Origin: Octopus bimaculoides
Taxonomy: Eukaryota
NCBI RefSeq assembly: GCF_001194135.2
Contig: NC_069003.1
Span: 28,143,614 to 28,207,613, forward strand
Direction of reading: 5' to 3'
DNA length: 64,000 nucleotides
Positions 29,880 through 43,600 of this stretch are shown one piece after another. The notes below the pieces were generated by a model, which was not told where the DNA came from, did not search any database, and saw only the letters and a list, made by a program, of their open reading frames with translations. Every line of letters starts with the position of its first letter. Positions within the stretch are counted from its first letter, which is position 1. The position numbers were made by a program, and so were the translations under genes.

Positions 29880-32800
29880 ATAGTGATTTCACACTAAAAG
29901 AGAGAATTTACATTCACTATTAAGAACAAGAATAACTGCAAAAGTATTAAAAAATAATTGTTTAAATGTTAATAATAATATTTTAAATACATATAATGAA
30001 TTAAATATATTGTTATTAGGCTATGACTTTTTTTTATCAAATATTGTACTGCAAAGTTAAATAGTGATCATGGTTAGAATTATTGGCTATATGCTTGTTG
30101 ATTACTAATCTTACCAGTTTCAATTTCCAGTTTTAATTACAGAATATAAAGAATGAAAAATTTTCAACATGATATATATTTGAATAAGTGAAAAGAGAAA
30201 TATGTTAATGTATGATTATATCAGGATTGAGTCGTAAAAAAAAATGTCAATTCAGAAGAATGATTTTAAATCATATTAATGAGAGATGTTAGACTAACTT
30301 CAAAATACAGTAGCAGCCATAATATAAGGGTCGGTAAAAACAAGTGTATTGAAATAGTTATTATAGAAGATTAAAAACACATTGAGACTAAATATTTTAC
30401 ACATGTTTAGTTATATCTAATATTCATCCTTCGTGAAAATTTCAAGTGAATGGAGTAAATATTCCGTATGTTATGAGGAAATACAAACAATCTTCCAAAT
30501 TGCAGCGGCCTAAAGTTAAGGGTCACATAGAAAAAATGAATTACTAACCGAGGTATTTTTTGTTTAGAAGAATGTTAATGGGCTAACAGTTAGTTCTTAT
30601 GATCTTACATTATTGGCACCTTCAACTGTCAACATGGCAGCTTGTAAGAGACGACCGGTATCCTGTAATGAAAAACAAGGGATTGTGTGCCTTCACCAAG
30701 AGAACAAGTCAAATTCTGTGATAGCAACTACTGTAGGAAGGTCTAGAAGTGTTGTGCAATGAATTATAATTCATTTTAAGTCATTAGGATTGACAATTGC
30801 TAAATCCAAAACTGGTAGACCTCATAAAACTTCACCAAGACAGGATTGTATTATGGTTAGAATGTCACTGAAGGACAGGTTTAAGAGAGCTGCTGAAATA
30901 TCCCACAAGTTTAGCTCCACTTCTGATGTCAACATATTTCACAAAACAGTTTTTTGGAGGTTACAAGGTTCTGGGTTGCTTGCTCAGGCACTGGCAAAGC
31001 AGATTTTTAGACAACATACCCTTCCACATCTCTGATACTTGTCAGTTCAACCTCCTATCTTCATGCAGGACTGCTCCTTGTCACACTGCGAAGAGAGTCA
31101 AACAAAGATTTTTTGAGTGATGAAGAGGCTGATCTCATGGATTGGCTACCTCAATCTCAACCCTATAGAAAACTTTTAGAAGATTATTGGATTACTGGAA
31201 ATGGGGCACAAAGGAGAAATCCAAAGAACCAAGATGAACTCTGGGGAATTATTGAAAAATGAATGGAACAATAATACTCCATCATTTTGTGAGAAATTAA
31301 TTCAGTGATAACAGATGTCAGGAAGTCATAGATAGTAAAGGGATGTTCACAAAATATTAATAGTAATGGATTCTTTTTTGTTCTTGTTCCATTTTTCATT
31401 GTTTTTCTAAGTGACACTTAACTTTTGGCCATTTTACAAAATATTTATTCCATTCACTTGAAATTTTCACGAAAGATGGATATTAGATATATCTAAATAT
31501 GTGTAAAATATCTAGCGTCAACATTTTGTTAATCTTCTACAATAAATATTTCAATAAACTTGTTCCTATTGACCCTTATGCAGGGTTGGCCAAAAGTCAC
31601 CCAACAGCAAATCAAAATTCCAGAAACATCTCTACTTCTGTAATAATAACTTGAATGGAAAAATATGTCGCTCAAGAAGGACTTCAGTTTGAACAATTTT
31701 CATGATGTTTCAGACTTGGATACTTTTATTAAATTCATTCACTTGTTAAACATAAATAAATCTTGGAATTAAATAGTTTTGATTTACCGTCAGGTGACTT
31801 TTGGCCAACACTGTATTATGGTCACTACTGTACTTTGATGAAATAACTTTTTGATACATTATCAATTTTTAAGTCAGTAAAAGGTTCATTATCAAATAAT
31901 TGTATTACACATTTGTAACACAAAGTTTTTAACAAAAAAAAGAAAAAACCTCCATAACATAAAATACTGAAACATTATCAAGAATACACACACAATGTTG
32001 AATGTATGTATTTCTGACTTCAATCTATTATTATGAGTTATAAAAAAAAACATCGATTATGATTTTTTTATCATCCATGTATAACATGCAAAACAGTAGT
32101 GTCCTATAAAAATAATTTGATATTTAATGTTGACATCCCAAAATATTGCTAATGTTTATAATGCTGATATCTAATAATACTGATAGCACATGATTTAATG
32201 AGGAAACTGTTGATTTTCTAGGGTAAATAGAGAAAAATAGCCATGTCTAAATGTATGACTATTGTTACAAACATACACAAAAACACATATATAAACGAAG
32301 AAATAATGAATATTTTTGCCCTAAATTGGATGTAATATAGTGAAAATAAACTTAGTGCTATATATCAATAAAATGGCATGAAATAATGGATCTTTTAAGT
32401 ATATTTAAATTCTTTTAATTCATTCTACTAAAACAGATATCAATAATTCCAAATAATTAATGCATGAAAATAATCACATAGTATGATCAGTATTAATTTT
32501 GATTTTATTTCACACTATCATCCAGAGATTTTGTCCCAAACATTTGTTAGAACACTACACTGATGTAATAATCTCAATAAGTATGCAATTTCTTCATAGC
32601 ATTAATGGGAAAGGTTTAAATTTAAGAAATCTACAAAATATTATACATAGGTGTAGGAGTAACTGTGTGCCAAGAAGTTTGTTTCCCAACTACAGTTTAA
32701 GGTCCAACTCTATTGCATGGCATCTTGGGCAAGAGTCTTCCACTGCAACTCCTCCAAGGTTGACCAAAAACTTGTGTGTGGATCTGGTAGATGGAAGCTG

Positions 32801-35800
32801 AAAGAAGCTTACTATGCATGTGCGTGTTACTGTTTCCTTGCCTTGACATTGCATAATAGTTGTAAATGCAAGTGGTGTCCTTCATTTCTAATCTACCATG
32901 AAACCATGTTTGGTCATGAGGAATATGACTTACTTGGAAATAGATGAAGGTTGGAAACAGTAACGGCATACAGCCATAGAAAATCTACCTAAACAAATTT
33001 CATCTGGCCCATGCAAGCATGGAAAAGTGGACATCAAAATAATGATGATGAATTTCTCATACTCTCTTATATGATAACATACATGACTGACAATTTAGAC
33101 ATGAAGGATGGCTACACATACATACACACACACACACACATACACACAATTTTGGTGAGAGTGAAGTTATGAATATTAGATTTTCTTTCACAGGTAAAAG
33201 TTGGCATGATAATATATTAGAATATAACATACACATGAAAATACTGTCAAGTTAAATAGAGTTCAAGGTTAGAATTATTAGCTATGTATTTTTCAAATGC
33301 TTATTTTCTTACCAGTTGCAATTTCCGCAGGTATGACAGGGGGAGCTGTTAAAAATACATTGTCGTATGTGTGAAGCAAAAGAAATATATTCTACAGGGC
33401 AAGTTTTAGAATAATTCAAAAAGGAAAAACTTATGTATTCATAAAATGTCATATTTGTATTTCTTACAAAATATAGAATGAAATAATGAAATATTTCATA
33501 TAGAATTTTCTAAATGACATCACCTCATACATTGCTAAATTCCATATAGTGCATGTAATATAAACTATGATTGCATACTGGGATAACAAAGAGGCTAACA
33601 AATAATGCTTATTGTCTTGGGCAAAATGAGCACAGAGGAAACAGGTTTTTTCATCCCTTAGAGGCTCCATAGAAAGGATTATTATAAAATGTAGTTATTT
33701 ATTAAGAAATATATTAATTTAAACATATATAACCTGGTATTTAACATCGAACCAATATAAGACAAAAACAATATGTATTATGAGACAATACTAACATTTG
33801 GAAAAATTAAAAATATGTAAAAGTGTAAAAATAATTTGAAGTAACATAGTAATTATAAATGTGTTATTAATTTATATGTGTAACATGCTGAAATTTGAGG
33901 TGATCAATTAGAATAATTAGTGATCAGTTTGAATATTGCTATCTTATATAGGATTACATCTGTTTTGGTGAAGTAAAAAAAGTACATATCCTTACATGTT
34001 TTTCAAAAAATTAGAATATTAATTAAACATCTGTATGATAACTAGGATTGTTAGATGAAAGGTATTAATATGTACAGCTACATGGTCATCTAGAGAAAAT
34101 ATTACAGAATTGATGAAACTTCTTTCATTACTAACATAAATATGAAGTAATGACATAGAAAAACTGGCATTATGGAATGCTTTTTTGTTATATATATAGT
34201 ACATTATGCTGTATAATATTTCAGCAATGTATTCATCAGTATCAAAATTACTAAAGTATACTTCAACAGTAGGCATGTGGTTTAGTGTTTAGAGTATTCG
34301 GCTCATGATCATAAGGTTGTGAGTTTGATTCCCAGCAGTGTGCTGTGTCCTTGAGGAAGACACTTTACTTCACATTGCTCCAGTTCACTCAGCTCACAAA
34401 AATCACTAGTACTTGTATTTCAAAGGGCTAGCCTTGTTACATTCTGTGTCATGCTTAATCTCCCTGAGAACTATGTTAAGAGTATGTGTGTCTGTGGTGT
34501 GCTCAACCACTTGCACATTAATTTCACAAGCAGGCTTTTCTGTTGATCAAATCAGCTGGAACCCTCGGCAGTTGCTTCAACAGTGATAACTTATTATCTG
34601 GTTCTATGGTATTATAAATATACTGGTAGAATATAACATACACATTAGTTATTTCACAGGGAAGTGCTGGCAGGTTAAATTGTTCATGGTTAAAATTATT
34701 AGTAACATATTTTTTAACTAGTTTTTCTTACCAGTTTTAATTTCCACAGGTATGACAGGGGAAGGTGCAGCTGTTAAAAATATATTTTCTTATATGTGAG
34801 ATAAAAACAGGTATATTTTCTATGATCCACATTTTTTATACATTTGAAAGGGAAATATTTTAACATGTTATCACTACAATAATAATTCCTTTATCAGAAA
34901 AAACCCCAAAAAAACATGAGGTCCTTACAAAACATAAAAGTAAATATTTCATATAGAATTTGGAATCATCAAAGCAGGATTATCACTTATTTCAAAAAAT
35001 TATACCCTAAAAACATTGCTTGTAGTAGTATTTGAACTCGTGAACATATAGTTACAAATCTAAAAAGAAGCATAATTATTTTTTTAATAAATTTTATGGT
35101 AGAAGTTGTAATGTAACCAGGTATGATTTGGGGAGAGTGTTCTAGTGAATAAATAAGTAGACATAGAAGTAGTTTCATGTATATTACAGGATATAATATA
35201 GTCTAACATTACACTATATAATTTAATTACATACTGTATATAATACAGGATTTACAATATATAATTTAACATTACATTTAATTAATATATAATTTATGTA
35301 CTAAATTCTTACCAGTTGCTAATTCCACGGGTTTAACTGGGGCTGGAGGAGCTATGAAAATGATATGAAATATATGAGTTCACTGATATAATATTAACTC
35401 AGAATAATTGAAACACTATATTTAGTGTCAGCACAATTCACAAAATACTTCAGATAGAAGTGGAAATGAAACTGTTAGCTTTATAAAATGGAACCATATT
35501 GTGTAACTCTCTTTCAGTGAATCTGGAATAGTCTAAACCATGAGCCATTGGGTAGTTATCGTCACAATTGAGTACTCAGTGTCATTAAGATGAATTGAGA
35601 AATGAAAACTAAAATATGCAATATTATGCAAAAAGAAAGATATGATTCAGATGCAAAATATTAATAATGATAACCTGATAATTACTTTATAATAATTTTA
35701 TATGCAGATATTCTCTCAATATCAACTAAGAAATCTTCCCAGATTGAAATAATTAACTCAATACAGAATTGAAATGTGTGTGTGCTCTTATACATATATA

Positions 35801-36943
35801 TACACACAATCAAAAGAAAAAAAATCTATAAACACTTTCGAAAAGATTTTAATTCAAGATTAAGAGCATGAGAAGAAAATGCTATAGATCATATATGTCT
35901 TACAAATCTTCTGTTTTCTTACATCTCCTACAGGGTTGATAGATTAACAAAATTCAGTGGAAAGTTAATTTAAAGTATATGAAAATTTAATGATAAAATA
36001 ACTTCAAATAAATTATAATAATAGAGTATTAAACATAAGGGATTGCTAAGGGAAAATGAAAAGTACACTTCTTTTCATTATCGAAATTAAAATAAGTGTC
36101 CATATATGAAATATGAGGATGATTAACTTCAAGGATAAAGTTGATTCACCTGTACAACTGAAGAGAATAGCATCTATGAAACAAACTGTTACATAGCTTC
36201 TTGAAATATATATATATCAAATGCATTTGAAAATTGAAAAACTGGTGTTGTGATTTTATATATATATATATAAATCACAGAAACCAATTTTATATATATA
36301 TATATATAAATATATATATATATAGTGACCTTTATGACAATTTAATTTTCCCAATAGGATGTATTAAAATCAGTACTGAAATCTAATAAATATTTAGACA
36401 GTCTCAAATAGCAAAGACTGCTGAAGTGGTGAATTGAAACCAATCAACAATAAGATGGATTAATTAAGAAGTTATTAAGAGACAAACATCTTTCTTATGG
36501 ATTTAATGCAAGGTTTGTGACAAGAGATTACTCTCTTGGCTGATTTGATAGTATATAAGTTCAAATATATTTGAATTTTACAACATTTAAACAATATAAT
36601 TAAGAAATATTAAATCATATTTTATCACATTAATTCTACAATTCATCTAAAAATGTATATCATACTCTACAATATATGAATTATTTTGAAAATTATTTTA
36701 ACACTTAGTTTAAATATACAGTAAATGTATTCTGGAAAAGATATACAAAATTAATTCCAAAGTAAATATGTGACACAACAAATACTAGAGTATACTTCCA
36801 TTTCTATAATAGGATATTCTGTAAATATATTCCAAATTGACTCTAAAATTATACCTCACAACAGATTTCTACATTGCTAATACAATATACATAATGAACT
36901 TGCCATCAGATTATTACATTATAATAGAATATTGGTTAGGCAG

Positions 36944-36989
<46 letters not shown>

Positions 36990-37645
36990 NNNNNNNNNNC
37001 ACACACACACACACACACACACACACAACACACACATACACACACACACCACACATAGAGGCCCAGCTATGTGGTTAAGACAATAGTTTCCAAACTGTGT
37101 GCATATGTGCTCTCAGGTTCAGTGTCCACTGTGCAGTGGCATCTTGAGTAACTTTGAACAATCAGACAATTAATTGTAATGTTTAAATGTATTATATATT
37201 TATTGAATCATATAGACTCAACAGTGAGGGATTATAAACTGATGAATAAAATGAGATAATTGATAGTATTTAATTTTATATGCAATTTTGTGGGGAAGGT
37301 CTTAATTTAAGATTACTGAGATAAGAACATGCTATTATGTTTTATGACTAAAGCATTTTTGTGCTTTCTATGACATACAGAAATGATAGTTTAGGCACGT
37401 TGTAAAGATGATAAGTAAATATATTCAATATTGTATTTACATGCCCACTTTGTACTAGCCGATATTTTCAAATACTTAAGTGGTCTCAATGAATATGAGA
37501 ATATTATATTAACATATAAACATATCTTAACATGAAATATCATTGTAGTTATAAATGTATGATTAATTTCTGAGTGGTGTAACATGCTAAAATAAGAGGT
37601 GCTCAGTTAGAATAAGTTATTGATAATGAACTTTGATAGGTTATT

Positions 37646-37680
<35 letters not shown>

Positions 37681-40600
37681 ATATATATATATACATGTGT
37701 GTGTGTGTGGAAACACTTTTGTGCTAATGATAATAGAATTCTAAATAAGTAATCTATACAATAGTGAGAACTGTTATGTTAAAATAAGATACCTGTATTA
37801 ATATGTACAGTTACATATCATCTACTAAATGAAATATTATTGCACTGGTTTTCTTCACTTCTGGTACTCTAATAACTATTATGATATAAGGAATTTTATA
37901 TGATAAGCTCAAGGAAATTGTATCACCAAGAACAAACTCATGCTAACAAAGTGATGGGCAATAAGAATTGTTTAATTATCTATATCAACTAGCTCAAAGC
38001 ATTTTTATTTGTCAATAAAATTAATTTCAACATTTATTGAAGTTGAACTTTGACTGGAATACAAAACAGATGAGAGAAAAATCTTTGCCTACCATAGCTG
38101 TTTGACTATAGTTCAGGTTTCAAAATTGTAAAATCAAAATGTAAAGCTACCAAATAAACTGTAATTTTGCAGCACAATCACTCCTTGTCATAGAGAATGA
38201 TATTATTGTGTAAGATTAACTTACAGCCATGTGGATATGACCACTCAGAAATAAGTCTTTGGGCCATAATCACAACATGGTAATAGTAGCATAAAGTATT
38301 TTAGAAGCAGCTACATGTAACATCCTTAATAACTGTATATTTACTTGCAAATAATTTATTTAGATAATGCATGTTTAGCAAAGTTGTTAAGCTAATTAAT
38401 TAAATTACATTAGCAGTAACATAAATATACACTTAGTAATAAGTATGATTTATAAAGCATTATTTATATACATATTTGTATATAAATATAACAAAAATGC
38501 ATTAAAATAACATTATCACAAAGACTATCAATTTTATGTTTTATCATTATTTTACTATTGCTAATATTTTTCCAATTAAAATAAAACCTAGATTTCAAAG
38601 AAAGTTTGAAACCCACTTGTCAGAAGAAAGGGTTTGTAGTAGAAAATTATCAATATAATGCACTTCAAACAATTATTAATATGTATTACGAAGTGTGTTG
38701 ATAATCTCATTAGATTATCCAATAACATATTTTAGATTAAATAACTGAAGTCAAATACATATACAGTACAATATAAATGTGAAATAATGACATTAAATCA
38801 CACATAGATTGTTCTATAACATTTGAAACTAAATGTTAGTTATTATACATATCTCTTTAATGTATTCCTCATTATTAGAATTTACTAAAGTATAATTTAA
38901 TACAGACCAGTTATATATACTAATATCATTAATGACAACATTTCTTTAATTATTGATAACATTAAGAATATACATGGTGCATACTGGAATAAACATACAC
39001 TTTAGATATTGTGCAGTTAAGTACTGGCAAGTAAAATAGTGATCAAGGTTAGAATTATTAGCTATAACTCATCAGATACTAAATCTTACCAGTTATTTTT
39101 TCCACAGGTATAACAGGGGGAGGTGCAGCTGTTAAAAATATTTTATCTTATATATTAGATAAAAAAATCATGTATTTTTACATAATTAAAAAGGAAGTTA
39201 TCTTAAGATATTATATCAAACATAATTTATGAAATAATTGTTATATTTATATTTCTTGCAAAACAAAAAAGTGAATATTTAAAAAATATATTTTATTTAT
39301 GTTTTCTATGATATAAAAGAAATAATTTAATCATATATGAATGATTTATATTGAACTTTGTCATGAATTTTAGATGTTAAAATTCTGTCACAGATATAAT
39401 ATTATGGATTTTATANNNNNNNNNNNNNNNNNNNNNNNNNNNNNNNNNNNNNNNNNNNNNNATATATATATATATATATATATATAATAGTATATAAGAT
39501 ATATAATGTATCGTTTAATTTCATATTTATTTAGTTTCTATTTAATTTAAGCACTAAATTCTTACCAGTTGTCAATTCCACAGGTTTAACTGGAGCTGGA
39601 GGAGCTATGGAAATGATATAGAATATGTGAGTTCACTGATATAATAACATCATACTACCTTAGAATAATTGATGACTGAGTATATCATATTTTTAATACA
39701 GTTCTTATTATTATATGCGGTTTTGATAGTGAAGGCAAATAAATTATATCAAAATGTCAAAGTAATTGATACACTATTTAATTTTGTATAAAACTTATCA
39801 ATACAACCTTTTTGAAAGGTTTTAAGATACATGTCATGTTATGAAAATGTACACGTGTTCATGTGTTCTATGGCTTGTGTTTTCATGATATAAATGACAG
39901 TTAATTCAGCTATATCATAAAAGTTATAAATATTTTAAGCATTGTAGTACTTTTTATGTTAAGTTATGGATGTAACAATGTAATTGTTTAGAATAATTAG
40001 AAAAAGTGGATTATATTTATGATTCAATATTGCATAAATTATGACACTGGCATATTATACTTGAATCAATGCAGAAAAAAAATGATGTAATAAAGAATAT
40101 TAATAAGAAGAATTAACTGAATACATTCAATAGTAAAGTATCTTTTGGTAATTAGTATTAAAAAAGAAAATTTTTATTACAGAAATATCAATCTAATATA
40201 TATTAATTTAAATAATGATTATTTACAACAAACTTATAAAAATTATATGATAAACATTAGCCCTATTCAGCGTGATATATAACATTAAATTCAATTGGAC
40301 AAATGAATATAGCCATAAATATCTAGTATTATGCAGAATATATTGTATTTCAATTAATATCATGTAATAGAATTTTAAAAGATACTAAAGATAAAGAATT
40401 TGGAAACCTTTTCTTTGACAATATCAGTAGTTGAACCAATATAGAAATATGTAATATCAATAGTTTGAACAGAACACTTATATACTATATTCCTCTGAAT
40501 ACAGTTCCTATCCAAGGGAAAATCACCACCGGATCTGCAATTTCAGTTATGTGTTATACTGAGTGGCATAATTAAATTGTCTTAAGTACTACTAACTATG

Positions 40601-43600
40601 CTGCTATGAAATATATAGACACATGATTGAAGTATAAAGCATAATGCATGATACCTTACAACCATGGATTATGCAGATTGACCATTATCTACTTTCGTAT
40701 TATTTTTAGCATCTCCTAAAATATACATACAAACAACTGATGAGCACCTCACAAATATGGAGATATTTTGTCAGAAATATTTATACCAGCAAATCCTCAC
40801 TATAATTTGGACTCTCTCTCAGATTATATAAAATAAGTACTTCCTACTAATTATAAAACAGGAATTGGAGGGAGAGGGATACATATTGCAAGCATCAAGC
40901 ATTGGTGAAACAAAAGTAATAAACAACTGTCTATTTCTATTTCCCATAATATATATCCATATCAGTCTATCATACCAATATATGAAGTAATCACATCGTT
41001 GTTCTTAACAGCGTTCCTCAAAATAGGACAAATAAGTATTTAGTGCCATGGTGATAACCTCATTGGTAATCAAATCACATAATTTACATAAAATAGCTTA
41101 TATATGCATAGATACTGATATACAAGAAATGATTATATTGTGTTACAAAAGAATTAAAACTGTGTGAAATACATGTTATGCAAGTGCTTCTATTATTTTG
41201 GTATTATTAGAATTACAAAGGTATACTTCACATAAATCATATTTGTAAATATCATTAATCATGAAACTGATTTCATTATTAATAACAGTATATCTAAATA
41301 ATAATATTCAGATTATATATGTGCATATTGGAATAAAAGATACACATTAGCTATTGTGCAGCAAAGTACTCTCAAGTAAAATAGTGATCATGGTTAGAAT
41401 TATTAGCTATATATACATCAGATGCTAATTCTTACCAGTTGTTTTTTCCTCGGGTATAACAGGGGGAGGTACAGCTGTTAAAGATATAGTTTCTTATATG
41501 TGAGATAGCATTTGAAATTATGAGAGATTTACATATTAAGCTTTATGAAGAATATTTTGCTTTTTTAAAACTGATAGGATACAAAAATATAATTTATTTA
41601 TGCATGATTTAAATATGTCTTTCTAATGAAATTGATAAAAGTATTAGAATAAAGGGACTTAATTTCAGCACACAAATAATTTGATGTAAATATTTTACCA
41701 TATGATAATACCTATTTTAATTTAGGATATCACATAGAGTGTGTGTGTGTGTGTGTGATATATAGCATTAAATTTAATATTTTGTTCTTATTTAACTGAG
41801 CACTAAAGTCTTACCAGTTGTTAATTCCACAGGTGTAACTGGAGCTGCAGGAGCTTTGTAAATGATATAAAATAAATGAGTTCACTGGCATAATAACATC
41901 ATATTACTTAAGAATAACTTGAGACTAAGTATGATATATACGTTACTAATTTTATACAGAATTTACTTGTAAAACTTTCAAGAATATTTTAAAGTTTAAG
42001 ATGTAAAGGCTGAGATGAGAATGTACAGAGCTTTTATGTATTCTATGGTTTGACTTTTCTTACATGTTATCATAAATGAGTGATATATTAAATATGTCAT
42101 AAATGTGGTAAATATTGGTAAATATATTTCATACTGAATTTAAACGCTGATTTCTTAGCTGATAAAGGTTTCCTAGATAATATTGAAGCAGAGATATTGT
42201 ACAATATTTAATGTCAGGCAACAGGCTCCATGGTACATTATCAATCCAGAAGAAAACTAGAAAATGAGATTATTTGGGGATAAATATTCTTTTCTACTCT
42301 AGGCACAAGGCTCGAAATTTTGGTGGAGGGGGCCAGTTAAGTAGATTGACCCCAGTATGCAACTGGTACTTAAGTTATCGACCCTGAAAGGATGAAAGGC
42401 AAAGTCGACCTTGGCAGAATTAGAACTCAGAACATAAAGACAGACAAAATACCGCTAAGCATTTCGCCTGGCGTGCTAATGTTTTGGCCAGCTTGTTGCC
42501 TTATTTGGGGATAAATATTGCAAGAATTATGACAATGATGAATCAGCACAGTCTGGTGATAGATTGAAAGAGTGCTTCTTTCTGTGCAAATAGTTAAAAC
42601 AAGATAATAAAAGAGGAGATGATATGATGTGATGAGATCAAAAAAAATTAGTAATAAGGTTCAAGTGAATAAAGAATCGCCTGATGATTAACCTTCTTGA
42701 AGTGAATGCATGTTTTATGAAAATCAATCTAATACAATTGTAACAAGTATAATGGTTATTATTTACAGCAAACTTGTGAAAATATAACCAATGGGTTTAT
42801 TTTGATAATTTTATTAATTTCATTATGTTACAGTCGTATGACTGAGTAGGAATTAGGGAAATGGTTACAAAATGTAATAATTCAACTACATCCCATTGAG
42901 TTATTATATTTGTGTCAGAAATTTCGCATCAGAGAGCAACATATTTGTTCAGTATTAAATCAATATGTAACTAGAGATGATAAGCATTCTGACACAAACT
43001 GATATTTTAGGAAATGAAAAAATATATTAACCTGAAGTTAATTTGTAGTTATAAGTGTGTTATTAATTTCCAAGTGTAACATGCTAAATTTTCAGGTGAC
43101 TAGTTAGAATAATTAGTCTTCAAAATTAAACATTGATATTCTATATATTACTGATGTTGGTTAAAGAACTTTGGAGTTTGTGATAATAAACTTTTATGCA
43201 TGATAACTGTAATAGTCATTTGAGAATATGTCACATCTTTATATGTTTTTGCATTTTCATCTAGCCAATATTTTCTTAAAGTTACAACAACTGAGTTGAA
43301 TATATGTTGTGCAACTAACTGAGAGAACCATTAATTCCAGGTACAAACTGTTGTGAAAATATTGATGTGCCTATCAGTTAGCTGAAGATACACCAAACCA
43401 TGCGATTTATCTTATTACTTTAAAAGGAATCTCAAATAAAAACAAATTTGTTTCTGGTGCAAGCATGGTTGTGTGGTAAGAAGTTTGGTTCCCAACTATG
43501 TGATTCCGGGTTCAGTCCCCAGTGTGGCACCTTTAGAAAATGGCTGCTACTGTAGCCTCAGACCAACCAAAGCCTTGTCAGTGGATTTGGTAAATGGAAA

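Noticed and set aside
36150-36157. ttctcttcag|TTGTACAG|gtgaat 8-nt candidate exon
   Set aside because: Not a multiple of 3, would frameshift the gene, and has no paralogs
41400-41435. CTGATG(A) in the donor-flank motif as a snoRNA C box or hammerhead core
   Set aside because: No D box, terminal stem or stem II plus GAAA follows
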